A DNA stretch of 44,583 nucleotides from assembly GCF_004010195.1 (NCBI RefSeq), contig NC_057718.1, positions 28,627,071 through 28,671,653 on the forward strand. The letters run 5' to 3'. Within the stretch, counting starts at the first letter, position 1. Each line of letters begins with the position of its first letter. The position numbers and the translations under genes were made by a program. The DNA is from Chiloscyllium plagiosum. Taxonomy: Eukaryota. This document shows positions 1 to 13,400 of the stretch, piece after piece. The notes beneath the pieces are model-generated. The model was not told the DNA's origin and made no database searches. It saw only the letters and a program-made list of their open reading frames with translations.

Positions 1-1
1 T

Positions 2-1481
2 TGTCAGGAAGATCAACAATGCATTAATGCAGCTGGCTCTTTTCAATGTGTCTGTACCAGTGGATTTTCAGAAAATGAAACTTTTTGTGTTGATATTGAT
101 GAATGCTCGATCAATATGTTCCTTTGCCATTCAGATGCCAATTGCATCAACCAACTTGGTTCATTTCTTTGTGTCTGCCAAACTGGCTTTGTTGGTGATG
201 GTTTTAACTGCACAGATATTGATGAGTGTTCAGAAAATGGAACAGAGTGCATGGATGCTGAAGAGTGTACTCTGGGGTATTCAATTTGTCATGAAAAGGC
301 AACTTGCAACAACACTATTGGAGCCTACTATTGTAAGTGCAGGGCAGGATTTGAAGGAAATGGAACCATGTGCAATGATATTGATGAGTGCATTCAAAAC
401 CAGACCTTATGTCACATGTATAGTTCCTGCATTAACACTGAAGGCTCTTATACATGCCAGTGCAATGAAGGATTTGTGGGAAATGGGTTATATTGCGAAG
501 ACATAAATGAATGCATTTTGTCCAATGCATCTGTCATATGTCATTTTGACTCATATTGCATGAATACATTGGGCTCATTTGAATGCCACTGCGAGGCTGG
601 TTTTGAAAGCAATGGGACTGAATGTATTGATATTGACGAATGTATAACAAATTCATCCGACTGCAACATATATACCAGCTGCATCAATTATCTGGGTTGG
701 TATTATTGTGAATGCTTGGATGGATTTATCGGAAGTGGGACTGAGTGCTTGGACATTAATGAATGCAGTGCAGATAACATGTGCCATACCAATGCTTTCT
801 GCCTGAATACACAGGGTTCCTATCAGTGTCTGTGTGATTCTGGCTTTACTGGAGATGGCCATAACTGTAGTGCTGTTGATGAATGTTCAAACAATACAAT
901 TTGTCGGGAAGATCAGATATGCATTAATACAGTTCAATCTTTTCAGTGTATCTGTGCTAGTGGATTTTCAGATAATGGAACACTTTGTATAGATATTAAT
1001 GAATGCTTGACAGATAACCTTCTTTGCCACTTGAATGCTCTGTGCATCAACCAACCTGGCTTTTTCTCCTGCGTCTGCAAGTCAGGTTTTGTAGGAGATG
1101 GATTCCACTGTACAGACATTGATGAATGTTCGCCTATGAAAATGACTTGCCACCACCTTGCTCATTGTATAAATACTCCAGGCTCCTATCTGTGCTCTTG
1201 TGAGAAAGGCTTTATAGGAAATGGACAGATATGCACTGATATCAATGAATGCCAGCTGAGTGATCAAGCATGTCCTTCGGTAGCTTCATGTATTAACACC
1301 ATAGGGAGTTACTACTGTGTGTGCAATCAAGGATTCACTGGCACTGGACAAGCATGCACTTCTATTGATGAATGTTCTCCACCTAGTTCATGCCAAGCAA
1401 ATGGCAAATGCAGAAATATAGAGGGGAAATACAGTTGCATCTGTTCGTCCAATGACACTTGTGATCCACAGATAGCAAATG
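2..1481 (+). CDS. Exon (5' end outside window): tandem calcium-binding EGF array; one partial module, 11 full modules and one collapsed module
   Basis: Frame is open from base 2 (CQEDQQCINAAGSFQC...). Repeated D-I-[DN]-E-C...C-x-N-x-x-G-S-[FY]-x-C-x-C-x-x-G-F-x-G-x-G-x-x-C units. Putative donor AATG|gtgtgt at 1481/1482, phase 1, matching the next exon. Confidence 0.9.
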
Positions 1482-4400
1482 GTGTGTTATATCTAATAGT
1501 TTATGTTTTGTCAAATAATGAAATGTTAATTATTGCCATTATAAAGATAAGTTGATGTAAGATTTACATCTAATAAGTCAGCTGACTGAATAGTTCTTGA
1601 AAGACAAACTTGTGAATGAATTTTGTCAGAGATATATTTAACTTCTTAATTTTTTGGTCATAGAGTTAATTATAGAAAAGAATTGTATGCAGAATTTCAA
1701 GCCACTGTAATTTGGAGAAGAAATGCTTTTTTTATTGTCATCTATAGCTGGCATAATGTGAATTTATTTACTGTTATGTGACATGGTTTGAAAATTTTAG
1801 CGTTCTAAATATTCACTCCATTTGCCATTTTCACTCCTTTCCTGAGAATGTCAACTCGTTAGAGTATTGCACCATAGGAGCAGAAAGCCCTCACTATGCA
1901 TTCTTCATGCATAAGACAGACAGTGCTATCAGGCAGTTCACTCCTTGGCATTACCCAAAACCAGGCCAGATCCTATCCTTACCTGACAACACCCAGGAGT
2001 GCAATTTTCATTTGGGGTTACCTGTCAAGAATAGAAATTCTGGTGACTCTGAGACACCTACATCTATCCGTCCTGCTGCTATCCCAGACAGCATAAAACA
2101 TCTGATGACAGAGCAAAAGTCAGACTTGAGCTTTTCCAGTGTGTACGACTTATTACTCTAGTGACTAACCAAGCACTAAGCTGTCAGGAAAGTTAAAAAG
2201 TTTCTTGGAATAATTTTTTTAAAAATTGAAATGAGTTTCCACTGAACAAATATAAAAGTAAAGTTTTAACTTCTTTGTTCTTTACTGCTCTGCACAAATG
2301 GAGATTTCAGGATAACATAGGATATTCACACTCATTCGTAAATGGGTTGGAGCCTGTTGCTGTTCTTTTTTGGGCAAGTTGCAATGTTTCTTAAAAAAAA
2401 CAATTTTCTAATCAACCTATTCAGAGATGTTGTTACAGACTTGTGGAGCAGATGGGATCTGAACCCAGGTCTCCTGATCTAGGAGTAGGGACACTCCCAC
2501 TGTGCAACAAGACATACCTTTTGTAATACTTTTTTCATTCCATGAAATATATAATCCTGATTACTTAATGGGATGGGGAGGTTCTCTAGTAACCTAAACA
2601 TGCCTGAATACTGGTTTGCATTTGGGTAAAAGCTTTTGCTCTTCGAAACAATATGAACTTAGGACAGCGTGAAAGCTGATTCGTACCAACCAGATTCTAT
2701 TCAGTGAGTCACTGCATTATTTATGTCACTGCTAATAGTAGTTTGAGACATCAGCTATAAGTATGACATTTAAGCAATTTGTGAACAGCATTCTAATCCT
2801 TATGTTTGATTCCTACCAAGGTATCAGATATTATTTGTAACATACAGAGGTAGTAAATTGATCAAATATGATTTATCCTTTCAGGAGATTGTTTCTTTGA
2901 CATTTCAAGAATGCTTTAATTTTGATCTTATGTGAAATTTAATTTTTACTTGTTTGAGTAACATACCTAAATGATTTCAGCTAATATTCTATCAGATGGC
3001 TTAACTTCTAATAGATGGGATATTAGGTCGCAGTGGATTAGAACAATTAATGTCAGTGGATCAATAATGTAGTAAATTTTTAAATTTTAGCATTTGGATG
3101 AGGCAGCAAGGTGGCTCAGTGGTTAGCACTGCTGCCTCACGTGCCAAGGACCTGATTCCAGCCTTGGTGACTCTCTGCATGGAATTTCCATGTTCTCCTG
3201 TGTCTGAGTGGGTTTCTGATGGGTGCTCTGGCTTTTTCCCACTGTCCAAAGATGCGCAAGTTGGGTTGGTTGGTTAGTTAATTGTCCGTACCATCCAGGG
3301 TTGTGTAGGCTAGGTGGATTAGCCATGATAAATGTGGGAAATACAGGGGGTCTGGGTGGGATACTCAGAAGAGGTGGCATTGGCTGAATGGCATCTTTCT
3401 GCAATGTAGGGATTCTATGATTCTATTTTGCAAGACCAGCATTTGTTGCCTGTCTTTAGTTTCCTGAAGATGTAAGTTTTCTTCTTGAAACATTGTGATG
3501 TCTTGGTGGTTTGATAGGTTTGTTGGACCACTTTAAATGGCAGTTAAAAGTCAAATACATTGCTATGTGAAGCAGATAAAGGAGAAATTTAATCAAGATA
3601 TTCAAAATCCTGTAGGTTCTGATGGTCTGAATAAAAGCAATTGCATAGTGGCTCAGTGGTTAGCACTGCTGCCTCACAGCACCAGGGACCCAGGTTCGAT
3701 TCCAACCTCAGGCGACTGTTTGTGTGGCGTTTGCATATTTTCCCTCTGTCTGCGTGGGTTTCCTTCAGGTGCTCTGGTTTCCTCCTACAGTCCAAAGATG
3801 TGCAGGTTAGGTGAATTGGTCATGCTAAATTGCCCATAGTGTTCAGATATGTGCAGATTAAGTGCATTAGTCAGGGGTACATGTACAGTAGGAGGAATGG
3901 GTGTGGTGAGTTACTCTTCAGAGGGTTGAGTTGGATTGGATCCGTTGAGCTGAATGGCCAACTGCTGGGATTCTAAGATGGATCAATAACTAGGCAACAC
4001 AGATTTAATGTGATTTGCTAATTGACCAGAGGCAACATGAGGAAAGAGTATTACATAACAATTTCTAATCATCAGACGCACTGCTTGAATGGATGGTGGA
4101 TTAAATAACAACTTTAATTTAATTTAAACCAGGAGCAGTAAGTTTCCTTTCCTAATGGATATTAGAGAGTCATTTCAGTTTTTATGACACTCTCGCAACT
4201 TCAAAGTCACTTTCTTTTTGTTGCTACCATCTCTATTTCTAAACATTTATCAAGCTGCTTTCACATTTTCAAGCAGTTTTGAGATTTAAGCACTGTTCTC
4301 TGAATTAATAGTTAGAACAAAGAACAAAGAAAGTTTACAGCCCAAGAACAGGCCCTTCGGCCCTCAAGACTGAGCTGATCCAAATGTACTGTCTAAACCT

Positions 4401-7400
4401 GTCAGTCAATTCCTAAGCATCTGTATTCCTCGGCTCCCCACCTACTCATGCATTTAATCAGACGTATCTTAAATGAATCTACCGTGCCTGCCTCCACCAC
4501 CTCTGTTGTCAATGCGTTCCAAAAGCCCACCACCCTCTGTGTGAAGTGCTTGCCGCGTGTATCCCCCTTAAACTTTCCACCTCTCACCTTGAAAGCGTGA
4601 CCTCTCATTATTGAGTTCACTGACATTAGCACTAAACTATTGTGGCTAATGGTATTTAAATATTTAATCTGCATTTTATAGATTTGTTGATGATACTGCT
4701 CAGAAAGGGGCCATTTAGCCCACAATGCCTGTCTCAGCTATTTGGTAAGGGCTATTCAATTGGTCCCACTCTCCTGCATTTTCCTCATAGCCATACAAAT
4801 ACTCCTCGCTTCTGATATTTACCCAGTTCTCTCTGCTGCTTTAAAATGCACAATCCTAATGTATAAGACCTCTTCAATAACACCTTGAAAATCTATTCTA
4901 TGGTTAATTGATTCTGTCCAAATGTAACTTGTTACTGCTTAATAGCTCTTACCATACAGATGCATTTTCTCAGAACTGTCTGTCTCAAAACCATAGTTGC
5001 CTGAACACTTTTAGAATGTGCCATGCATCATTTTTAATTAAAAAAGAATTACTCAGTGAAAATTAACTTACTTGGAAGATAAACTTGTTATCTACTTGAC
5101 CACTGTGTGTCAGTCTATTCCTGTGCTTCAGCTGAAACTGACACCACCTGACCCAGAACCTGCCAACTCTGAAGTTCAAAACAGCCTCAGTTCCAAACCT
5201 TCCAGCTTTGAGAATGTGTACTTGTTGAACAACTTTAATCACCTCTTCCCTATTTATATTTTGAACTTGTTATCCTTTTTTGATTTAAAATGCTTCTGTC
5301 CTTCACCAATTTGTCATATATTCTCTTCTTGAAGCACAAACTCAGCTAGAATTGTTATTAAAATCAGCTTAATCATGGTGCACATTTTTAACGACTAGAG
5401 CATAGTTATCCTGTTAGTCAACATGTGTACAGAACTTGTATCAAGTGAGAAATTACAACGTGTTTTGAGTTGCTAAAGTTTGCCATGATATAAGATGTGG
5501 ATTACAACTGCAGAGCTCTTGAAACTGCCTAAAGTATTATTCAGAGTCAAAAAGTGTGGCACTGGAACTACGTAGCAGGTCAAGCAGCATCTGAGGAGCA
5601 GAACTGTCAACGTTTTGGACTTAAGCCCTTCATTTTTCAGCCAGTTAAATTTGTGATAGGTTTTGGTAACTTTCAGTCAAGGTTGAGATGAAAGACATGA
5701 GAGGCAAAATTTCACAAAGAATCAAAGTCTATAGATAGGTTAAAGCCTATGGAGGGGTGAAATTCCATAGGACATGAAAGTCTATGGAATAGTGAAATGA
5801 ATATCTTAAAAAGTGTGAACTATATCTGTGTGCAAAACTATTACCTTGTAAAGTTAAATTTAAGTTTAATCATCTATTTGTTAGTTTATCCTCAGGTTTC
5901 AGAAATGTTGGCATTGACTGTTTGAATCTGTGGAACGTATTAAAAAGCAGATAATAAAATGCAGTCACATACTACAGATATATTCATTGTTATGGTATAA
6001 AACTCTTTTATCAATAGTCGAATTTAAATTATTTCCACAGAAAGTGTGCTTTATCTGCATGGTGAGCCTGTTGGAGACTTAAAGGTATCTGCTTCAGGTG
6101 CTGATGTAAACTCCCCCTTTATTGTTCCTCCCATGGGATTTCCATTCCTTGGTTCAATTTGGGATAGGATATATGTAAGTAGATCTAAATATTAAATCTT
6201 TTCTTGTTAGCTTCCGGTTAATTATCTGAGGCCCGAGAATGTAACAAAAACATTTAATTTTCCTTTTGGAAAACAATTATGTCTGGTCAGCTCAGCCAAA
6301 GAATTTCTAGTCCTCTGGTATACATTGATAGGGAATAAGTAGGATATATGGATTTTAACACTTTTAGAAATGCTTAGAATTGGTAGAACAGTAGATCACA
6401 ACATTGGGATATAAAGTGGTAATATTTGGTTTTGATTTGCTGAACATTAAACAATTTCCAGATTTAATTCTGTTTGATTTTACAATGAAGAGGTCTCAGA
6501 GTGCCAAATCCTAGGGAAAAAAAGTAACTTGGAAAGTCCATTAGTTATGGTCACTGTGGGAGCAATTCTCAATGGGAATCTGCATTTTGTGTTAGAGATT
6601 TTCAGTGACAGACAATTATTAAATGCGTGTCAATTATTCATAGCTAGTGCCATTGAACCATTGAAGAATATGTTCAGAGAATACTGTAGATCTGTCATTG
6701 CAAGGCAGCAATCTAATTGAGGAGCTTAAATAACATTGTGAAGAAAACGAAAAATCCTCCTTTTACATCAATAACCTGAACTCATCAATGAGATTACAAA
6801 CTTGAAATCACATCAATGTATACTGTATACAGTTTACATCTTTGCCAACTGGGCAGTAAACTGAGGAGTAGCTGGAATATCTACCATAGAACCCACTCAA
6901 TTCACATTCAGTAAATTTCATTCAGGCATGCAAAAACAACAGTCTAGACTCATAGATTCCATCCCAAATTTTAACAATGGGCTTTTGCAGAAAAAGGGAT
7001 GCCTGATCTAAGCTGATGAGGTTCTCCAAAATGGATGGAGTCTTCCAGAGGCCTACTTCCTTTGACTTCTGCTATGGCCACATTGGCAAATTAAGATAAC
7101 CGACTCCCACAAGGGGACAATTACTTTATTTGAATAAAGGTTTTGGCTCTTCAGAAAGCCAAAATGAAACTTATACAGGGTTTCCAGTGACAAAGCTTCT
7201 GTCTTCGAAAAGCGTATAAGTGAAGTGAGGGATTTTTCTTGGTCTACCAGCTTGGCGCAAAGAGAAGAGGTGGGAAAATTCACTGACCACAATTCCAAGA
7301 TTCAATTGCAATGTATGTGCGTCTATCCCAAAATCCATGTCCTGCTTGACCATAACTGTTGCTTATGTCCTCTCCATCTTCAGCAATCTAAGAAGCAATA

Positions 7401-10400
7401 TTTAAAAGAACAAATTGTCCTCTGCTCTTCTGAAGTTACATGGGGATACAGATTTGCAGGCATGTGCCTACCTGACTCTGAGGACTGAATAGTCAATCCC
7501 AATTCTGTCCTCTTTCACATCCACTTAAATCTATATTGCAGCAAATTGCAAAGGATAGGATACCAGAAAGGAAATAGATCTAATCTTCCCTTCCTTAGTC
7601 CAGAAATCCCAATACCACTTTAGGCATACCTCACCATATTTCTTTAAAGTGGAAAATACAAACATTTTGCATTTTAATCTATTAGATTTGAAGATAGGAT
7701 GCAAAATATTTTTTGATTATCAAATGAATGTTTTTGAAAGAAGGTTCAAAGATACAAAGGGTAGTTTGTGTTTGACAGTGTCTAAGATTAGGCAACCTAT
7801 GATCCCCCTTTGGATATATGTATTAAATGAAAAATGAAGAACTGATTTTGATCAATCAGAAATTTCTGGAAAAACTCAGCAGGTCTGGCAGCATCTGTGC
7901 AGAGAAAACAAAGTTAATGTTTTGGGTACAGCTACACTCCTTCAGAACTGTTCTGAAGAAGGATCACTGGACCTGAAATGTTAACTCTGTTTCTCTCCTC
8001 AGCTGCTAGACCTGCTGAGATTTTCCAGCAATTTCTGTTTTTGTTTCTAATTTCCAGCATCTGCAGTTTTTTTCAGTTTTTCATCAATCAGATCCTGGTT
8101 TATTCTCTGTATACAGTTTATAATCAGGAGTATTAAATTACAAAATGTGAAAATTGTAATCCTACTTGTATTTTTTGTTCTACTTTAGTTTTCAGATAAT
8201 GGCCTGATTCAATTTCAGAATTTTCAATCAAATGAGAATTATTTATATCCAAACCCATTTAAGAATGGATTTGACGGGAATGAAACGGTGCCTATGTTGG
8301 CTGTGTTCTGGGATGATGCTGACCTCACATTTGGAAATGGGAAGTTATTATATCAGGTTTGTCTTTTCTTTAAATGGGTACATTTTTCTAACTAGGAGAC
8401 CCTGAAAACAGCCACGGGGCTACAAAGTGCTAAAAAACCAGTGCCTGTTGCTTCTGTGACATGCTGCACAGCAACTTTATTCTTCTTGCTTATTTCCATC
8501 AATGTTAGGTATGACTGCATGCCTTAGGACTATCAAATCTAACACCACTTAAATGTAGCCTTGACTGGATACAGCCAGACTGCACATTTTCAGGCTGAGG
8601 TACGTGGCTGGAGCAGCAGCTAGTATTTTTTGTGGTAATGAGTACGAGGAGGAAGGAGAGTGGTGTAACAGAGGTGAGAACATGCTCCAGAGATCTCAAA
8701 CAAGACACTGGCTGCTTTGGTGGCAGAGATAGCAAGGAGCAGGCATTCTAAACAGTTCATGGTGAGGATCAGAGGCTGTGGCATACAATTTTGCACACCA
8801 ACCTCCTTGCCAGCTCTCCTCACAATCCTGAGGCATTTTGCATGAATTGGATTAACTGCCTAAAGCAAAGTGAAGGGTGGCAAATCAAAGCCTATTATAA
8901 TTAATTATCTGAGCCTCCGAGGCAATATGCAGAGCTAAAATTGACCCAAATGGTGAGATCAGTGCAGGATGTGTAGACATGATAGATTACACGAGAAACC
9001 ACCTTTGTCATATAATGTCTGTCAGGTCATATTAGCAGTCACTGACCGTTTTCTGGAGAGGGTGCTGCTCTAGGATCATATCCAGGCAGGCCACATGCCT
9101 TTTTAAAGAGGGGAAACAGTGCTATCTCTCCCTTAGTTCAGTTTGGAACCTCTGTGTGGGCTGTTTTCATTGCATGTTGTGAGGATCTCCCATGGTCCTC
9201 CACCATCATGAAGCAATGGGAGCACGTAGCCATGGCACTGACCACTGGGAGTCTCAAAGAGTTGGAGGTTGCGTCAATTTCAGTAATTTTCTTGAGGGTA
9301 ATTCGGGATGATAGGCAATAGATTAAAAAAAAGGCAGAAAGTAGGGATAAAGGAGATTTTTCAGGATGGCAGCTAGTGACTAGTGGAATTCTGAGGAGTT
9401 AGTGTTGGGACCACAATTCACATTGTACATGAATGGTCTAGACAAAGGAATTGAGTGTGTTGTTGCTAAGTTTCCAGATGACAAAATGATAGGTGGAGAG
9501 ATAGGTCATGTTGAGGAAGTGGGAAGGCCGTGAAAGGACATGCTATGTGAGTGGACACAGAAGTGGCAGATGAAATACAATGTGGCAAAGTGTGAGATTA
9601 TATATTTTGGTAGGAAGAATAGATATAGACTACTTTCTACATGGAGTAAAGGTGTTGGGAAACCTGGAAGATAAATGAACCTGGGAGTCCGAGTTCAGGA
9701 TTGTCTTAAGGTTAACATGCCGGTTTAGTTGACAGTTAGGAAGGCTACTGCAAGAAAACAAGAGCAGAAATGTATTTCTGAGGCTGTATAAGGCTCTGGT
9801 CAGACAGCATTTGGAATATCTGAGGAAGGATGTGCTGGTGTTGGAGGGGTTTGAGAGGAGGTCTATAAGAATGCTCCCAGGGACGAAGGGCTTGTCATGA
9901 GCTTAAGGAACGGTTGAGGATGGGTCTGTACTCAATGGAGTTTAGAAGGATGAGGAGTGATCTGATTGAAACTGAGAGGCCTGGATGGAGTGGACATGGA
10001 GAAGGTGTTTCCACTCGTAGGAAAAACTATAACCCGAGGTCAAAGCCTCAGTGGGTAGAATCCTTTACTGCAGCTTAGAGGGTGAATCACTGGGCAGGAG
10101 TGGCCTACAGGGCAGATGGAAATAGTGACTCAGGTGCCAACCCGCTAGAGGCCCTCGTTACCTGTGAGCTCTGCTGCAGTGGATTCCAATGAGGACTTCA
10201 ATGGAGCAGCACTCAGCAGAACTGAAGCTTGACGGACATGCGCAATTAAATGTTTGGTTCATTAATTGGCAGACTTGCTAGGAAACGGTGGTTTTTGTTA
10301 TGGAGCAAGGAGATGTCCAGAACCAACTTGGCACAGGGTTTTGCACAGAGCATGGCACCCATACTTTACAACATGAAAGTGGTGAGCTACTGCATGGCGG

Positions 10401-13400
10401 TACTTACAGACCAGACCATCATGATCTAAGTCTCAGCTTCCATTACCAAGCAGAAATCATTCAACATCAGGGTGTTGCAATGGAAGTACGGACTGATTCA
10501 GTATTTGATAATGGCTGCAGATAGCAGTGTGGAAATGGCCTTATTTGGTAGTCCATATTTGTTTTTCTGCACACTCAGATAATGCTGTGGGACAGCCTCC
10601 TTTCAGTGACTCTGTGAATCACAAACCTACTGTCACCTCCCTGACAATGAATAGTTTGCCTTCCCATTCCAGCTACCTTACCAGTGCCTTTGCTCTTGCA
10701 CCTTTGTCAGGTGACCAGCCCAGACTGCCCAGAGCAAAATGGTGCAGTTCAAAGCCTGGCCTTCTAGGCCCAGAGCTGCTCAAAGTCATCCTGCAAGACC
10801 ATCTATAGGATTGTCAACTGCAGGTCAGCAGCCTGTTAGCAATCATGCTGCAGCCCCTTGGGCAGTGCCAGGATGAAGTACTAAGCAGGCTGCTGGAAGA
10901 CCTCAAGTGGAAAAGGCCTCAAATACTGCAAGCTCTCCTCAGCCTCCTCTTTCTCCCTCTGTTTCTATCCTCTGTGCGTCAACTCAATCACTCTGTCATG
11001 CCAATCAGGCAACAGTTCACCAGAAAGCAGTTGATGACACTTTTAAGTAGCCCTTTTGGAGAATAGTCAGGAAGGATTAGCAGGCTGATTACCTGTTGAG
11101 AAATGTGTGCTCATTCCATGGTCTGCAAGTCCTGCAGCAGGACTTGAACTGAGCTGAGAATGTCTAGCTCAGAGGCAGGGGCACTACCTGAAAGAACCTC
11201 CTATCATTTTATTACTGTACTTTTATGTATGCTTTTAAAGTTAAACTGGAATGGGCAACCATGCTCCAGTTTGCAAATTTCCCTGGTTAAATATAGAGTG
11301 ACACAAAGGTCTGTTTTCCAATTTGGAAGGTTTCCTGACAAAACAACAATTAAATCCTGAATGACATAAGACTCTCTTTACTTTAGGCTTGGTGGTTAGA
11401 AAATGGTCATACTTTAACCATACCAGTAGAATAACACACCCATGATTTCATGATATAACATTTCTGCATTTATTAAACTGCATCTTGAAACATTCAGTTA
11501 CTGAATCCTTACTGTGTATTAGTGAGATTATAATTGGAATTCAATGTATGTTACGTGCAAGGAGATGCTAATTTAAAAACTTGCAGATAAAGAATGTTTG
11601 TTATTTCAGGTATATAATGACAGTAAGAAGGACATCTATTCCCAACTGATTATCAACAGAACTACCGAGGAAGTTAACAGACAATTTGCAAAGACCATTG
11701 ACAATCCTTTTGTCCCTAGGTGGATATTAAAAGTCACATGGGATCACATCTCACCTGTTTCCTTTCAGAAAAAAAATTTAAGTGAGGTAAGTTAGTGGAG
11801 TATAAAACTGATGAATGATAAGAAGCCTTGAGGATGAGTAGAGGTCATTGGTCGGCATGAGGGGTAGGAACAGCAGGGGTTTGGGTTGATGGGTATGGAA
11901 GGGTGGGAGGGCCCATGGAGCTTCGGCCCAACAAGTCCACACCGACCCGCCGAAGCGAAACCCACCCATACCCCTACATTTACCCCTTACCTGACACTAC
12001 AGGCAATTTAGTACGGCCAATTCACCTGACCCTGCACATCTTTGGACTGTGGGAGGAAACCGGAGCACCCGGAGGAAACCCACGCATGAGGGGTAGGAAC
12101 AGCAGGGGTTGATGGGTATGGAAGGGTGGGAGGGCCCATGGAGGGGGATCGGTGTGGAAGGTTGCAGCATGTTGTCGTGAATGGGGTATGTAGAGTGGGT
12201 GGGAGTGTGAGGAGGCTGTGAAGACTAAATGACCTGCTTTTATTACAACTGGGGATAAAGTCACCATCTCAGGCCATCTCAGCACTCAACATCTCCTGTG
12301 GCTGTCTCTGAACTGTTTCCAGGCATATTAGGCCCAATTCCATTTGCAGCTGTTTCTCACAAGGCAGGGTTCGACAAACGGGAAACTTCCAGATTCGCTG
12401 AACGTGGCTATGGAGAAACAGCCCGATTGGTTGGGTTTTCATTATGAGGAGGCAGGTGCAGCTGGAAATTTCCTGACTCTGCACATTTGCCTCAGGTGTA
12501 AAAATTTGACCTAAAATTCTCAAAGAGGTAAATTTAAATTGCACACAACGAATAAAATTAGGATTAAACTCTAAAAGTGATATCTGAAATACAGAAGTAA
12601 TCAAACTTTAATCATGCCAGTTGGATCTAAAAAGACAAAGAAAAACTGATATTTTGAATTTGATTTTTGCTTTTCATGAGCTTTGGTTAATAATAACACT
12701 TCAGTTAACTTTAAAGTCAATACGCATATCATTCATCTGTTTTGAGATTTAAATTTTTAATATATTTTCTTTTTCATACACCAACCTACATACCTAATTC
12801 ACTGTAAAATCTGCTTGATCCAGGCAGATCAATTTGACATGCTCTTAATTATTTGAATAGGCTTGGCTTGTAAATTCGTACCTGTTTCCTTACTTGATAT
12901 CATTTATGCTTTCACAGAAATGTAAGACTTTCCCTAACATGTTTATTTACAGACAAACACGTTTCAGTGCATTTTGACTACAGATGGAATTTTCTCATTT
13001 GCTTTAATGAAATATGCCACAATGCATTGGAACCCTGGCCAGAGATTATTCCAAAGAGTATTAATGGGCTACACAAATGGGAAAGGAATATTTTACAATG
13101 ATCCCCAAACCCAAAAAAATGAAACTTATGGTTCAAGAGGAAGATACAGGCCAGATCAAGTAATTGGAAACACAGGACTTCGTGGGCAATGGGCTTATCG
13201 TCTGGATCTGCAAAACTCCAGTAGGTATAGTAAAACATTCCGGCAAAAGTGCTGGCATTGGTATCTAACTGAACCCCATCCTTCCACCTGGAATACTGAT
13301 GTACAGTCTTGTCCCTGCCATGAGTCGCAAGCGAAGGAAGATAACCGTTTTATACCAGAGATTATGCTGTTCAATGTTTCAACCCAACAGAAGATGGAAG

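Noticed and set aside
27..1267. Overlapping alternative-frame and antisense ORFs in the EGF exon
   Set aside because: Shadows of the repetitive coding frame with no recognisable motifs.
116..1555. 479-aa ORF as a complete single-exon gene or as fibrillin
   Set aside because: The frame is open upstream of the ATG, there is no signal peptide and no TB (8-Cys) domain, and the tail after 1481 looks like intron read-through.
1482..1555. Hydrophobic ORF tail (GVLYLIVYVLSNNEMLIIAIIKIS) as a transmembrane helix
   Set aside because: It follows a phase-compatible donor, and AT-rich intron sequence translates to hydrophobic residues by chance.
1870..2190. Possible old SINE on the - strand, and ORF 1778..2161
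   Set aside because: Too decayed to assign a family; the ORF has no motifs or splice support.
3102..3720. tRNA genes
   Set aside because: The A/B boxes continue directly into the V-SINE body, so these are SINE heads.
8191..8195. Alternative acceptor TTCAG inside the 8189 exon
   Set aside because: It would shift the frame by 7 nt and remove the conserved FSDNG start.
8400..11090. GC-richer intronic blocks (also about 12250-12510, 14780-16120 and 39250-41060) that may be decayed DNA transposons
   Set aside because: I could not find convincing paired ends or transposase motifs by eye; a repeat-library search is needed.
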